Of a stretch of 64,000 bases of DNA, positions 8,513-20,220 are shown in pieces. Each line of letters starts with the position of its first letter. The stretch's first letter is position 1. The position numbers and the translations under genes are program-made. The notes below the pieces were generated by a model. It made no database searches. It was not told the DNA's origin and worked only from the letters and a program-made list of their open reading frames with translations. The DNA lies in NCBI GenBank assembly GCA_963728915.1, contig CAVSLV010000001.1, forward strand, positions 704,001 to 768,000, given 5' to 3'. Source of the stretch: an uncultured Gemmatimonadales bacterium. GTDB lineage: Bacteria; Gemmatimonadota; Gemmatimonadetes; Gemmatimonadales; GWC2-71-9.

Positions 8513-9979
8513 CTACTCGCCGGCGATGGTGATACTCGCGTCGAAGTAGGAGCTGCCGCCCCGATCGACTGCCCGAATCGCGACCTGATGGACTCCAGCC
8601 GAAAGAGGCACCGTCCGGACGAAGCTGTCCAGGGTCGGGCAGTTGTCATGGACCAGAAGCCCGGGCCCGACGTCCACCCCATCCACGTAGATCTCCACGT
8701 CGTTGTCGACCGCCACACCGATCCGGACGGTAGCGGCTTCCTCGAGACTGAAATTGCGGCGAAGATAGAGACTGGTATTTCCCGAGGGCCAGCTCGTGTG
8801 CGTGCCGCTCTGAATCAACGAGCACCCACTGTGGTCCTCGCCGAATCCGCCGGTCCCGAAGGAGGGGAACAAGGGACCGGTCTGCCAGCCGCTCGCCACG
8901 CTCCCACCGATCTGGTAGGACCAGCCGTCCGAGCCGTACCCGATCGGAAGGCCAGGCGCTTCCAGAGCGAACTGAAAGTCACTGAACGCGCCGGTGGAGC
9001 CGCCGGCGCCCAGGTGCAGCACCGTAGCGTAGAGGGGCTCCGGACCCACCAGACCCAGGAACCGGGAGCCGGCCCGCTTCCACTGGCCGTGTGCCAGAGC
9101 CCGAATCACGCCCCCTATGCTCGCATTGCCCCCGACCGTGGGACAGAGTGGCGAGGCGGTGTTGGGAAGCACATTGATCGCCCCGTCGTGGCGCCGGTGC
9201 AGATGGATGTGGTCGTGCTCCTCCCCCGAAGGAAGCACAGGATCGGTCAGCACGTCGCAGATGAATACGATGGCTTCATTGCTGAGGGTGCCCTCGAGGT
9301 CCGAATCGATGTGGATGCAGCTCCCGAAGACCCTGAAGCCATTGGCGCTCAAATCCGGGTTGCAGGCTCCGAAGGTGAGCGTAATGGGATCGCCACCGTC
9401 GGGTTGCGGTGGGATCGTCACACCGGCGATGCCACCATCGGGAGTCGTGGTCAGCACGGTTCCCCCGGTATTGGGATCCACGCAGGAACCCGCGACTGGG
9501 CAATCACTGGTGATCCAGAATATGACCGGCAGCGTGATTCCGTCATTGACGTTCAGGAATCCCGACATCCTGTCCCTGCTGGTATTCACATCAACAAAGC
9601 CGAGTTGCACTCCGAAGACCTCGACGGAAATGCGATACTGGGTGGAAACGTTCTTGGGGATCTTCCAGTTCTGGCGATAGTGACGTAACACGACCCTGAC
9701 GTCCGGGAACTCCTGGTAGTACCCGCCGGCCTTGCAGTCCCCGGCCTGGAGCTCACAGACCTTGACGGTCGGAGAAAGATCCGTGTTGAACCTTCCCCGT
9801 TCCACGAAGTTGCTGAGCGGCGGCAGGAAAAAGAAGTTCGGGTTGCCGCCATTCCGGCCGCCCTGGATCGCAAGATCCGGCGGCATCCCGGACTCTTTGT
9901 CCGGCGGGGAAACCACTCGATCGCTCTGACAGCCGAAAAGAACGAGGAGGGAAGCGAGACCCAACGCGAACCGTTTCAT
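8513..9979 (-). CDS. Cys-rich lipoprotein with C-terminal jelly-roll/galactose-binding-like domain
   Basis: MKRFALGLASLLVLFGC lipobox; NPNFFFLPP; C-terminal LYLRRNF..VDNDVEIYVDG..GVHQVAIRAVDRGG..YFD pattern. Confidence 0.7.
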   Translation of the reverse strand: MKRFALGLASLLVLFGCQSDRVVSPPDKESGMPPDLAIQGGRNGGNPNFFFLPPLSNFVERGRFNTDLSPTVKVCELQAGDCKAGGYYQEFPDVRVVLRHYRQNWKIPKNVSTQYRISVEVFGVQLGFVDVNTSRDRMSGFLNVNDGITLPVIFWITSDCPVAGSCVDPNTGGTVLTTTPDGGIAGVTIPPQPDGGDPITLTFGACNPDLSANGFRVFGSCIHIDSDLEGTLSNEAIVFICDVLTDPVLPSGEEHDHIHLHRRHDGAINVLPNTASPLCPTVGGNASIGGVIRALAHGQWKRAGSRFLGLVGPEPLYATVLHLGAGGSTGAFSDFQFALEAPGLPIGYGSDGWSYQIGGSVASGWQTGPLFPSFGTGGFGEDHSGCSLIQSGTHTSWPSGNTSLYLRRNFSLEEAATVRIGVAVDNDVEIYVDGVDVGPGLLVHDNCPTLDSFVRTVPLSAGVHQVAIRAVDRGGSSYFDASITIAGE

Positions 9980-10067
9980 CACCAGGACTCCGGGCCGGAG
10001 GAGTGAAGAGGAGGGGGACACTACGATACCATGGCCTGACGGGCCGCGCTACCCGGGAAGGGACCGG

Positions 10068-12615
<2,548 letters not shown>

Positions 12616-12722
12616 CCTGTTTCCCGGGAATTGGAGATCGAAAGGAGCCCGGAGATTATCGCACAAGGATGGCGAAAGGCGCAAACCGGGGACTGACGGT
12701 AGGTTCGAGGCAGGAGGATACG

Positions 12723-13556
12723 ATGCGATTCACGGCCGCAGCCTCACTGGTGGTCCTTTCTGCCGCTCCGGCGGCCCTTTCGGCCCAGACACTCCAGTAC
12801 CGGTCTCCTGCGGGGGTCGAGTACCGATCTCTTCCCGACTCGGGGCCGATTGATCGGGCCAGGCGGGCTCTGGCTGGCAATCCGGCGGGTGTCTCCTTCA
12901 TCATCCAGCTCGCGGTGGCGCAGTCGGGGGCTCGCCAGTTCCGGGAGGCGATCACGACCCTGACCCGGGGCCTCGCCGGCTCACCCAACGACGCCATGCT
13001 CCTCCGCTGGCGGGGGCATCGCTATCTCTCGGTTCGAGAGCTGGACCGCGCTCTGACCGACCTCCAGCGGGGTTTTCAAATCGACAGCACGAACTACGGG
13101 ATTCTCTACCATCTGGGAATCGTGCGCTTTGCAAGGGGGGAGTTTGATAAGGCCGCGGATCTGTTCCGTCGGGCTCAGCCACGGGCTCCGGATGCGGGTG
13201 AGCTGGCGGGCTCGACCGACTGGCTCTGGATGTCCCTCCAGAGAGCCGGTCGAGGGGAGGAAGCCTTGGCGATGCTGGCGGGGAAGCCGGATTCGTTGCC
13301 GGTGGAGAACGCCTATCGGCAGCGGCTTCGTCTCTACCGGGGCGAGATCGGACCGGACCAGGTCATCACTCCGGCCGACACCGATGACGTCGCCCTCGCC
13401 ACGCTGAGCTATGGTCTCGGCAACTGGTATCTGGTGCGGGGGGATACCGCTCGGGCTCGAGAATGGTTCCGCCGTTCGGTCGCTTCGGGTGGCTGGCCGG
13501 CATTCGGGTTCATCCTGTCCGAGGTCGAGCTGCGCCGTGTGCCAGGGAGGCCCTGA
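12723..13556 (+). CDS. Secreted tetratricopeptide repeat protein
   Basis: AGGAGG RBS, signal peptide ending ALSA-Q; TPR-like YHLGIVRFARGEF, YGLGNWYLVRG. Confidence 0.8.
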   Translation: MRFTAAASLVVLSAAPAALSAQTLQYRSPAGVEYRSLPDSGPIDRARRALAGNPAGVSFIIQLAVAQSGARQFREAITTLTRGLAGSPNDAMLLRWRGHRYLSVRELDRALTDLQRGFQIDSTNYGILYHLGIVRFARGEFDKAADLFRRAQPRAPDAGELAGSTDWLWMSLQRAGRGEEALAMLAGKPDSLPVENAYRQRLRLYRGEIGPDQVITPADTDDVALATLSYGLGNWYLVRGDTARAREWFRRSVASGGWPAFGFILSEVELRRVPGRP

Positions 13557-13620
13557 TCGAGCTCCTGATCGTGGTGGTGATCAGCTGGCTTCGGTGAAGA
13601 CCGACTTGCGGAATGTCATG
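13553..13620 (+). pseudogene. Collapsed type IV pilin gene remnant
   Basis: 13553-13582 encodes LIELLIVVVI (pilin N-terminal helix); 13585-13620 in another frame encodes LASVKTDLRNVM (downstream pilin helix). The IGILAAIAIP-type segment, the start codon and the G-F cleavage site are missing. Confidence 0.65.
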
Positions 13621-13642
13621 AGGTCCGGCAACCCTGAAGTCC

Positions 13643-13675
13643 GAACGGCCGCGGTCCAGGAGACCGCGGCCGTTC
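13643..13675. terminator. Probable bidirectional terminator between convergent genes
   Basis: Perfect 14-bp stem GAACGGCCGCGGTC-CAGGA-GACCGCGGCCGTTC. Confidence 0.7.
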
Positions 13676-13685
13676 TGTTGCCGCG

Positions 13686-14516
13686 CTAGAAGCGGCGGTG
13701 GTGGAATGGGCTGGCCGCCGGGTCGAGCCGGAACAGCTCGATGGCGTTATCGGCGAGGATCTTCCGCTTGTCCCGCTCCGGAATGGCGAGCTCCTCCATG
13801 AACTCGAGATAGGACTCGATCGAGCAGATCGGCCAGTCGGTCCCGAACAGGACCCGGTGAGGCTCCACTCCGTAGAGCAGCATCTCCTGCACCTGCTTCC
13901 GGAGGAACGCCTCGAAGCGGTCCTCGAATTCCCCAAGGGTGAGCCCCGAGATGTCCGCGTGAACGTTGGGGTTCTTGTACACGACTTCCATGCAGTCCCG
14001 GATCCACGGGTTCCCGATGTGACAGATCACGAACTTGACCCCGGGATGATCCACCGCGGCCTCGTCGACGTGGAGTGGGTGGGCGTACTTGAGCTTTCCC
14101 TTCACCGAAAAAGTGTCCCCGGTGTGGATCATCACCGGGATGCCGTGTGCCTCGGCGAATTCGTAGGCGGGATGCCACTTGGGATCGGCCGGATAGAAGG
14201 GCTGATAGCCGGGATAGAGCTTGAGGCCCTTGACCTTGCCTTCCTTCACGAAGTCGGCGATCTCGACCAGGTCCTCGGCGGTGAAGCTCAGGTAGTCGAG
14301 GCCCGCCACGACCGAGAGATAGGGAATGTCCCGCAGTCGCTGCACCACCTGGCGGGTGGATGGCCGCCCCGGCGTCACCTTGTAGGAGGTGAGGATCAGG
14401 GCCTGGTCGATCCGGTTCCGCCGCATCGCGCGGAGCAGCTGGTCCAGGGTCTGTTCGAAGCGATCGAGCGACTCATCCTCGTAGTAGTTCAAGTGGACGT
14501 GACAATCGACGATCAT
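13686..14516 (-). CDS. Amidohydrolase family protein (Amidohydro_2 type)
   Basis: MIVDCHVH, GLKLYPGYQ, PVMIHTG, VICHIGNPW, VLFGTDWP; ATGA-coupled to upstream gene. Confidence 0.9.
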   Translation of the reverse strand: MIVDCHVHLNYYEDESLDRFEQTLDQLLRAMRRNRIDQALILTSYKVTPGRPSTRQVVQRLRDIPYLSVVAGLDYLSFTAEDLVEIADFVKEGKVKGLKLYPGYQPFYPADPKWHPAYEFAEAHGIPVMIHTGDTFSVKGKLKYAHPLHVDEAAVDHPGVKFVICHIGNPWIRDCMEVVYKNPNVHADISGLTLGEFEDRFEAFLRKQVQEMLLYGVEPHRVLFGTDWPICSIESYLEFMEELAIPERDKRKILADNAIELFRLDPAASPFHHRRF

Positions 14517-15181
14517 CGTTTCTCCCGGAATCGCTGGAGGACCGACTCGGCCCACGCCCGCCCGCCCAGGCCGAAGGCGAGGGCGAGCGCCAGGCAGGTT
14601 CCCCCGAACGCCAGCTGGAACGCCGAAGTGAGCAGGGTCACCGCGATGCCAAGCTGTTCCAGGGCCAGCACCGCGACGAAGGCCAGCAGCGCCCCCTGCA
14701 CCAGGATGCCCACGTTGCTACCGCCCTTCATCCCCACGTTGCCGAGATATGCCTCGACGAAGCCGCGAATGAACCGCGCCGCCAGAGTTCCGAAGACCAG
14801 CACCGCCACCGCGGCGATCACATTGGGGACGTACTGAGCCAGGCGTTCCATCAGCTCCGGCCCCATCGTCAATCCCAGCACGTTAAACACGGCCACGGTG
14901 AAGATCAGGAGCAGGCTCCAGTAGAAGAACTGGCCGACCAGGGTGACCAGGGTGAACCGGACTCCCCCGCGCACCAGGAAATCGTCCACTCCGGTCTGCT
15001 CGGCGGCGGCTTCGAGCTTGAGCAATCGGAGGAGCTTCACCACACCGCGCTGGACCGCCCGGGCGAGCAGCCACCCGATCAGCAGGAGGAGCAAGGCGAC
15101 GAGCACCCGGGGTAGCCAGGTCGCGATCAGGCTCCACGAATTGCGAAGGGACTCCAGAATCAGGGCGAATTGCTCTCGCAT
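14513..15181 (-). CDS. Membrane protein with conserved TM-helix repeats (MscS-associated/CmpX-like)
   Basis: WLPRVLVALLLLLIGW and YVPNVIAAVAVLVFG repeats; ALEQLGI; ALALAFGLGGR; no MscS cytoplasmic domain. Confidence 0.8.
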   Translation of the reverse strand: MREQFALILESLRNSWSLIATWLPRVLVALLLLLIGWLLARAVQRGVVKLLRLLKLEAAAEQTGVDDFLVRGGVRFTLVTLVGQFFYWSLLLIFTVAVFNVLGLTMGPELMERLAQYVPNVIAAVAVLVFGTLAARFIRGFVEAYLGNVGMKGGSNVGILVQGALLAFVAVLALEQLGIAVTLLTSAFQLAFGGTCLALALAFGLGGRAWAESVLQRFREKR

Positions 15182-15202
15182 GGTGCCTCCGGCTGAATGA
15201 AA

Positions 15203-15892
15203 CTACCGACGAATCGCCCCGATCGAGGCCCGGCCGGCCAGCTCGCGGAGCATGCGGCGAAAGGCGGGATCGCTCATCGGCCGTGGGATCCGATAGATCC
15301 GGCGCCAGATGGTAAAGAGCAGGCGACGGAGCTCGACGGTGGGAAGACGGCGACGAATCCGGTCCATGGACTCGTAATAGAACACCATCGGCACGGTGGG
15401 CTGGCCCCGGTGGAGTTTCGGCTGGTGGTAGGCGAAGTTCAGGGCCAGCACGCGCCGGCGCCGGATCAGGGCCCGAAGCCAGGGATTGTCGCGCCGGACT
15501 TCTCCGACCATGCCGCGGAGCGTCTCCCGCCGAATCCGCACCGCATCGCGCTCGAACAACCGTCGGAGCTTGTTTCGCAGCTTGGACCCGAGCCCGAGGC
15601 GGCGGCCGGCCGGGGTCACGGCCACGTATCCAATCACCCCGACGTTGACGTTGCCGAGGTAGGTCCCGGTCGCGACCCCCAGCACCCGGCCTCGGGCTTC
15701 GGCTACCAAGAGATGCCATTGCAGGTCGGTCCACAGCTCGGCCTCTCCCTCGCGGAGCGAGTGGCGCCATTCGACCGCACTCACCAGCTCGGACTTGGGG
15801 AAGATCCGCCGGAGCAGGCGATGCGCCTTGATCAGGGAAGGATCGCCGGAACTCACCACTTCCCGGAGGAACGATTGACCGCGTGGACTCAC
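15203..15892 (-). CDS. GNAT family N-acetyltransferase
   Basis: IGYVAVTPAGRRLGLGSKL acetyl-CoA binding motif A; YHQPKL. Confidence 0.7.
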   Translation of the reverse strand: MSPRGQSFLREVVSSGDPSLIKAHRLLRRIFPKSELVSAVEWRHSLREGEAELWTDLQWHLLVAEARGRVLGVATGTYLGNVNVGVIGYVAVTPAGRRLGLGSKLRNKLRRLFERDAVRIRRETLRGMVGEVRRDNPWLRALIRRRRVLALNFAYHQPKLHRGQPTVPMVFYYESMDRIRRRLPTVELRRLLFTIWRRIYRIPRPMSDPAFRRMLRELAGRASIGAIRR

Positions 15893-15986
15893 GCGAACCC
15901 TGGGTCCATGGGGGTGCTCCGTTGACGGAAGAAGTGGGATGGGGTATCCTCGCGGAACCTATCCCGCAAACAACGACCGAGCAATC

Positions 15987-17312
15987 GTGATCGAGCTCCT
16001 CCACAAGCTTTCGGACCGCCTCGCGCTGCGCCGAGGGACCGACGCCGCGGGCACGATCACCCGGGTCGCCGACGGCGCCTCGCTGACCGCCGAAAACCTC
16101 TGGATGCTGGGCTGCTCCGCGGTTCTGGCCAGCATCGGACTCGATGTGGGGTCGGCGGCTGTGGTCATCGGCGCGATGCTCATTTCGCCCCTGATGGGAC
16201 CGATTCTGGGTGTCGGGCTGGGCGTGGGCATTACGGATCGGGGCCTGCTCCAGACGTCGTTACGGGAGCTGGGCTACGCCACCCTGCTGGTCCTCCTGGT
16301 GAGCGGAGTGTACTTCGCGCTCTCGCCGCTCGCCTCCCCGACCACCGAGCTCATCGCACGCACCAGACCCACCCTGCTCGATGTCGGGGTGGCCTTCTTC
16401 GGCGGAGTGGCGGGCATCGTCGCCGGGTCCCGGAAGCAACCCAGCATCGCGATCCCGGGCGTGGCCATCGCGACCGCCCTGATGCCGCCGCTCTGTACCG
16501 CCGGATTCGGATTGGCGACCCAGAACTGGTCCTTCTTCTTCGGGGCGTTCTACCTCTATGGCCTGAACGCGGTCTTCATCGCCCTCTCTACGTTCCTGGT
16601 GGTTCGCTTTCTCCGGTTTCCCCGTCGGGAGCGGGCCACCCGGGAGGAGCTCCGTCGCGAGCAGCGCCTGGTCTTCGCGGTCACCTTCCTCGCCGCGCTG
16701 CCGAGCACCTACTTCCTCTATGAAGTGGCGCGCACCTTACGGGAAAACCGCCGGATCACCACGTTCCTGGCCAGTGAGGTCGAAGCGCCGGGGCGTTCGG
16801 TCCCGCAATGGGAACACGTGCATGGAAAAGAGGGAGAGGTTCTCAAGATCTATATCGCGGGACGCCCGATCGAGGGCGCTGCGGTGGACTCGCTCCAGGC
16901 GGCGGTCAGCCGGTACCAGCTCGATGATCTGCGACTCGAGCTGGTGCAGAGCGATATCTCGGCGGAAGACCTCCGCCGCTTCCAGAGCGAGGTCCAGCGC
17001 GACATCCTCAATGCCGTGTCCACGACCACCGCGGCCCGTGACTCCTCGTCGACGGCCAAGGAACGCGACGCGGATCTGCGCCTGGAGCAGGCGGCCCGTG
17101 AGCTCGCGGGGGCGTTTCCGGAGATCACCAGCGTGGCGTTCGCCGAGCGGTCCAACCTGCTGCTCCCGGATTCGGTCCGGGCCGCCCCGGCGGTGTTCCT
17201 GACGTTCGCCGAGTCCGTCGCGACCCGGGACCGAATCGCCATCGTCGAGCGGGCGCGGGCGATGCTGCGCCAGCGGATGGGGAAGGACAGCCTGCTCGTG
17301 TTATCCCGCTAG
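15987..17312 (+). CDS. DUF389 domain membrane protein
   Basis: SAAVVIGAMLISPLMGPI, ARTRPTLLD, IPGVAIATALMPPLCTAGFG; GTG start uncertain. Confidence 0.88.
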   Translation: MIELLHKLSDRLALRRGTDAAGTITRVADGASLTAENLWMLGCSAVLASIGLDVGSAAVVIGAMLISPLMGPILGVGLGVGITDRGLLQTSLRELGYATLLVLLVSGVYFALSPLASPTTELIARTRPTLLDVGVAFFGGVAGIVAGSRKQPSIAIPGVAIATALMPPLCTAGFGLATQNWSFFFGAFYLYGLNAVFIALSTFLVVRFLRFPRRERATREELRREQRLVFAVTFLAALPSTYFLYEVARTLRENRRITTFLASEVEAPGRSVPQWEHVHGKEGEVLKIYIAGRPIEGAAVDSLQAAVSRYQLDDLRLELVQSDISAEDLRRFQSEVQRDILNAVSTTTAARDSSSTAKERDADLRLEQAARELAGAFPEITSVAFAERSNLLLPDSVRAAPAVFLTFAESVATRDRIAIVERARAMLRQRMGKDSLLVLSR

Positions 17313-17330
17313 CGGCCAGGGGAGGTCTCC

Positions 17331-17546
17331 GTGACCCGAATGATTCGTGTGGCGATCAGAGTAGTCGGCCTGCTGGTCGCGGTGTTCCTGCCAGAGGGGT
17401 TCGGGCTTTCCGGGACGATGGGCGTCACCTACCGTTTCTACTGGTACAGCTTCCTCGTGGTCGGGCTGCTGCTCATCATGGGCTATGTCGGGGCGGGCGC
17501 GCTGGCCCGCCGCTTCCTCTCCGCGTCTTCTGCCGTCTCGCCCTAG
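17331..17546 (+). CDS. Small two-TM membrane protein
   Basis: GGAGGT RBS before GTG; two hydrophobic segments. Confidence 0.55.
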   Translation: MTRMIRVAIRVVGLLVAVFLPEGFGLSGTMGVTYRFYWYSFLVVGLLLIMGYVGAGALARRFLSASSAVSP

Positions 17547-17560
17547 CTCCGAGAACGTCG

Positions 17561-18525
17561 CTACGGGGTGTGGTACAACCCGATATCGAATGAGCCATTT
17601 GCAACCGCGAAGGTTCCCGTTGCCGCCGTCCCGGGCTGCGGCCGGAGGCTGGCGCTGAAGGTTCCCTTGATCCGGGTCGTCGTCATGCTGGTGATGGTCA
17701 GCGTTCCCACGTCGCCCACGATGCCATAGCAGCAGTGGGCCCCGGCCGGAGCCACCGCGTTCGGGTCGGTCACCCAGAGGATGCTGCCCGGGTTGTTGCT
17801 GAGCCCGTAGACTCCCGGACCGGCCGGCCGGGGGATGGTCATGGAATAGGTGTAGTTGCTGTTGATCCCGGAAAGGCTCAGATGGGTTGTTGAGGTCTGG
17901 CCCGAGACAATGGCCCCGTTCCAGGCCTGGCCGTTCAGGGACGCGCTGATCTTGCTCCCCATGGAATCGGTGAGCACGGCGATGGGGGCTTCCCGGCTCA
18001 ACGGCGCGTCGAATTCACCATTCGTGATCGACTTGGTGCCCGTGGCGGCTCCCGAGCCATCCGCGGTGAACGAGAACGTCCCGGCAATCCGAGTGGTGGT
18101 CAGCGTCGTGATGCTGATGCTGCCGGCGGCGCCGGAGAAGGCGGTCAGCCAGGTCCCCCCGGTGCCGGCGGTCACCCCCGCGAACCCGCCTTGCACCGTG
18201 GCTCCGTCCACCCCGAGCGGATAGGTCCCGGTCCTGGTGATGAGGTTCAGCGTGAAGGTCATTGATGCGACGGCCCCGCTCCCCGTGCCGAGGATCAGGT
18301 AGCCCCCGCTGAGCGGGGCGAATTGGCCGGCGGTGACCGACGAGCCGGCGCTCCAGGCCTGGCCGTCGATCGTTGCCGTCATCTTGGTGGTGGGGTTCCC
18401 GTTGTTGTTGCCGTTGTTCCCGTCGTTATTGTCGTCGCCGGGATTGGTCGGGCCTCCCCCCCGCACGAGGCCAGCAGGAGGGAACCGCCCAGGACGAGAC
18501 GGGAAGGCAAGGAGTGGAATCGCAT
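17561..18525 (-). pseudogene. Surface lipoprotein with two DUF6252-like beta domains, frameshifted in a G7 run right after the lipobox
   Basis: ATG 18525 (GGAG RBS) gives MRFHSLPSRLVLGGSLLLASCGG. C7 at 18456-18462; G8 would give CGGGGPTNPGDDNN, matching the paralog at 46084 (CGGGGPADPNDDNN). Two repeats of MTATIDGQAW...GTFSF...NGEFD. Confidence 0.8.
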
Positions 18526-18560
18526 GGATCGCTCCGGCGCAGGGATAGGGTCTCTATCCC

Positions 18561-18589
18561 TTGCGCAGGAGCGGTCTGTTCGCCGTCAT
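18561..18589 (-). promoter_or_regulatory. Putative ECF promoter ATGACGGC-N16-CGCAA
   Basis: Same boxes and spacing as 46026-46054 and 48941-48969, each upstream of a lipoprotein gene. Confidence 0.6.
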
Positions 18590-18597
18590 GGGGCCCG

Positions 18598-20136
18598 TCA
18601 GGGGCTGGCGCTGACCCGGCCTTCCTGGCTGGACGCCCCGGCAATAAAGGTGGTCACGTCGCGGTGGAGCTTCTCCCGCGACCTCTTCTCTACATACATC
18701 ATGTGGCCCGCCTCGTAATAGGCGAAGCTCAGGTTCTTCCGGATCGAGGGCTCGAGCCCGAGGTGGGACACCGTCTCCTCGATCCCATTGAAGGGCGTCG
18801 CCACGTCGTAATACCCTGCAACCACCAGGACGCGAAGGTTCCCCTGTTGGGTCATGGCGGAGCGGAGCGCCTCTCCGGCCTGCCCCGGCTGGCCCTGGTC
18901 CCAGGGCCGCACGTTGGCGCTCAGGGTGTAGTACATCTCAGAGTTCCAGCCGAGCTCCCGGCGCACATAGTCCTGGAACACGGCGACGAAAGCCCCGTCG
19001 TAGGACGCGAGGCTCGGGTCGTATTCGTCTCGCTCGCCCGCCGCGTCGGCATCCATTCCGGTAAAGCGCGCGTCGATGCGCCCGACCGTCAGCCGCTTAT
19101 CCCGGAGCAACTCCTTGAACCACCGCTGCGGATTGACCCGGAGATTGGTCTGTTCGAGGTACCTGGGCGAAAGCCCCGTGAATCGTGCCAGCTTGGCTAC
19201 GATCTGCTGTTGTTCCGCGGGAGAGAGCTCGTCGCCCTTTTCCAGCGCCGCCGCGTATTCCCCGTGGGCAAACTCCCGGGCCTGCTGCACCACTGCGGCA
19301 AGGGGCAGCTTCTGGAGATCGGCCGGGAGCACCTTGTGATACCAGGCTGAGGCGACGAACGTCGGCAGGAAGAAACGGGTGCGATCATCCGCGCCCCAGT
19401 TGCCGAAGGCCACGGTGGAGATCAGCACGATGCCGTTCAGATAGACCTGGTGACGCCTCTGGAGGGTGAGCGAGAGCATGGCCGACCTGGTGGTGCCGTA
19501 GCTCTCCCCGATCAGGAACTTGGGCGAGGCCCAGCGCGAATTCCTGGTGAGGTATTGATAGATGAAATCGGAGAAAATATCGGCATCCTGGGTGAGTCCG
19601 TAAAACTGGGCCGGATTTTCGCCGGGGACGGGGCGACTGTAGCCGGTGGACACCGCATCCACGAACACCATGTCGGTGGCATCCAGGAAGGAATCATTGT
19701 TCTCGACCGTGGTGTAGGGCGCCGGCATCCCGAAGCCGTCGTCGGTCAGCACCGTTCGCCGCGGACCGAGCCCCATGTGGGTGTAGCTCGACGCAGATCC
19801 CGGACCCCCGTTGTACACGAAGGAGATCGGGCGCTTGGCCGGGTCGGCGTCGTCCTTGGTGTAGGCCACGAAAAAGAACGTTGCCTTGGGCGCCCCGTCT
19901 TCGCCTCGCACGATATAGGTCGCCGCCGTGGCGGTGTAGCTGATGGTCTGGCCCCCGATCCGCCCGGTGTGCTTGGTGACGGAGGTTTTCTCCTCGGGCG
20001 GCGCCGATGGGCGGACCGGCTGCTGGCCCGCTGGCGGTGCTTCGGTCGGGCGATTCCGCTGCTGCTGAGCCGGGTTGCCCTGGGCGGAAGCCGCGGTTGC
20101 CAGGGCGAGCGGGAACAAGAGGGCAATGGGTCTCAT
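18598..20136 (-). CDS. S10 family serine carboxypeptidase, secreted
   Basis: Start at ATG 20136 with signal peptide; YNGGPGSAS, GESYG nucleophile, AGHMMY. Confidence 0.92.
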   Translation of the reverse strand: MRPIALLFPLALATAASAQGNPAQQQRNRPTEAPPAGQQPVRPSAPPEEKTSVTKHTGRIGGQTISYTATAATYIVRGEDGAPKATFFFVAYTKDDADPAKRPISFVYNGGPGSASSYTHMGLGPRRTVLTDDGFGMPAPYTTVENNDSFLDATDMVFVDAVSTGYSRPVPGENPAQFYGLTQDADIFSDFIYQYLTRNSRWASPKFLIGESYGTTRSAMLSLTLQRRHQVYLNGIVLISTVAFGNWGADDRTRFFLPTFVASAWYHKVLPADLQKLPLAAVVQQAREFAHGEYAAALEKGDELSPAEQQQIVAKLARFTGLSPRYLEQTNLRVNPQRWFKELLRDKRLTVGRIDARFTGMDADAAGERDEYDPSLASYDGAFVAVFQDYVRRELGWNSEMYYTLSANVRPWDQGQPGQAGEALRSAMTQQGNLRVLVVAGYYDVATPFNGIEETVSHLGLEPSIRKNLSFAYYEAGHMMYVEKRSREKLHRDVTTFIAGASSQEGRVSASP

Positions 20137-20220
20137 GGGGCCGAATGTACCGCTCCTCGCGGGGCTCGGCCACCCAGCCGGGACAGGTGCGAGATCGGGG
20201 TCCGCGGGTGAGATTACAGC

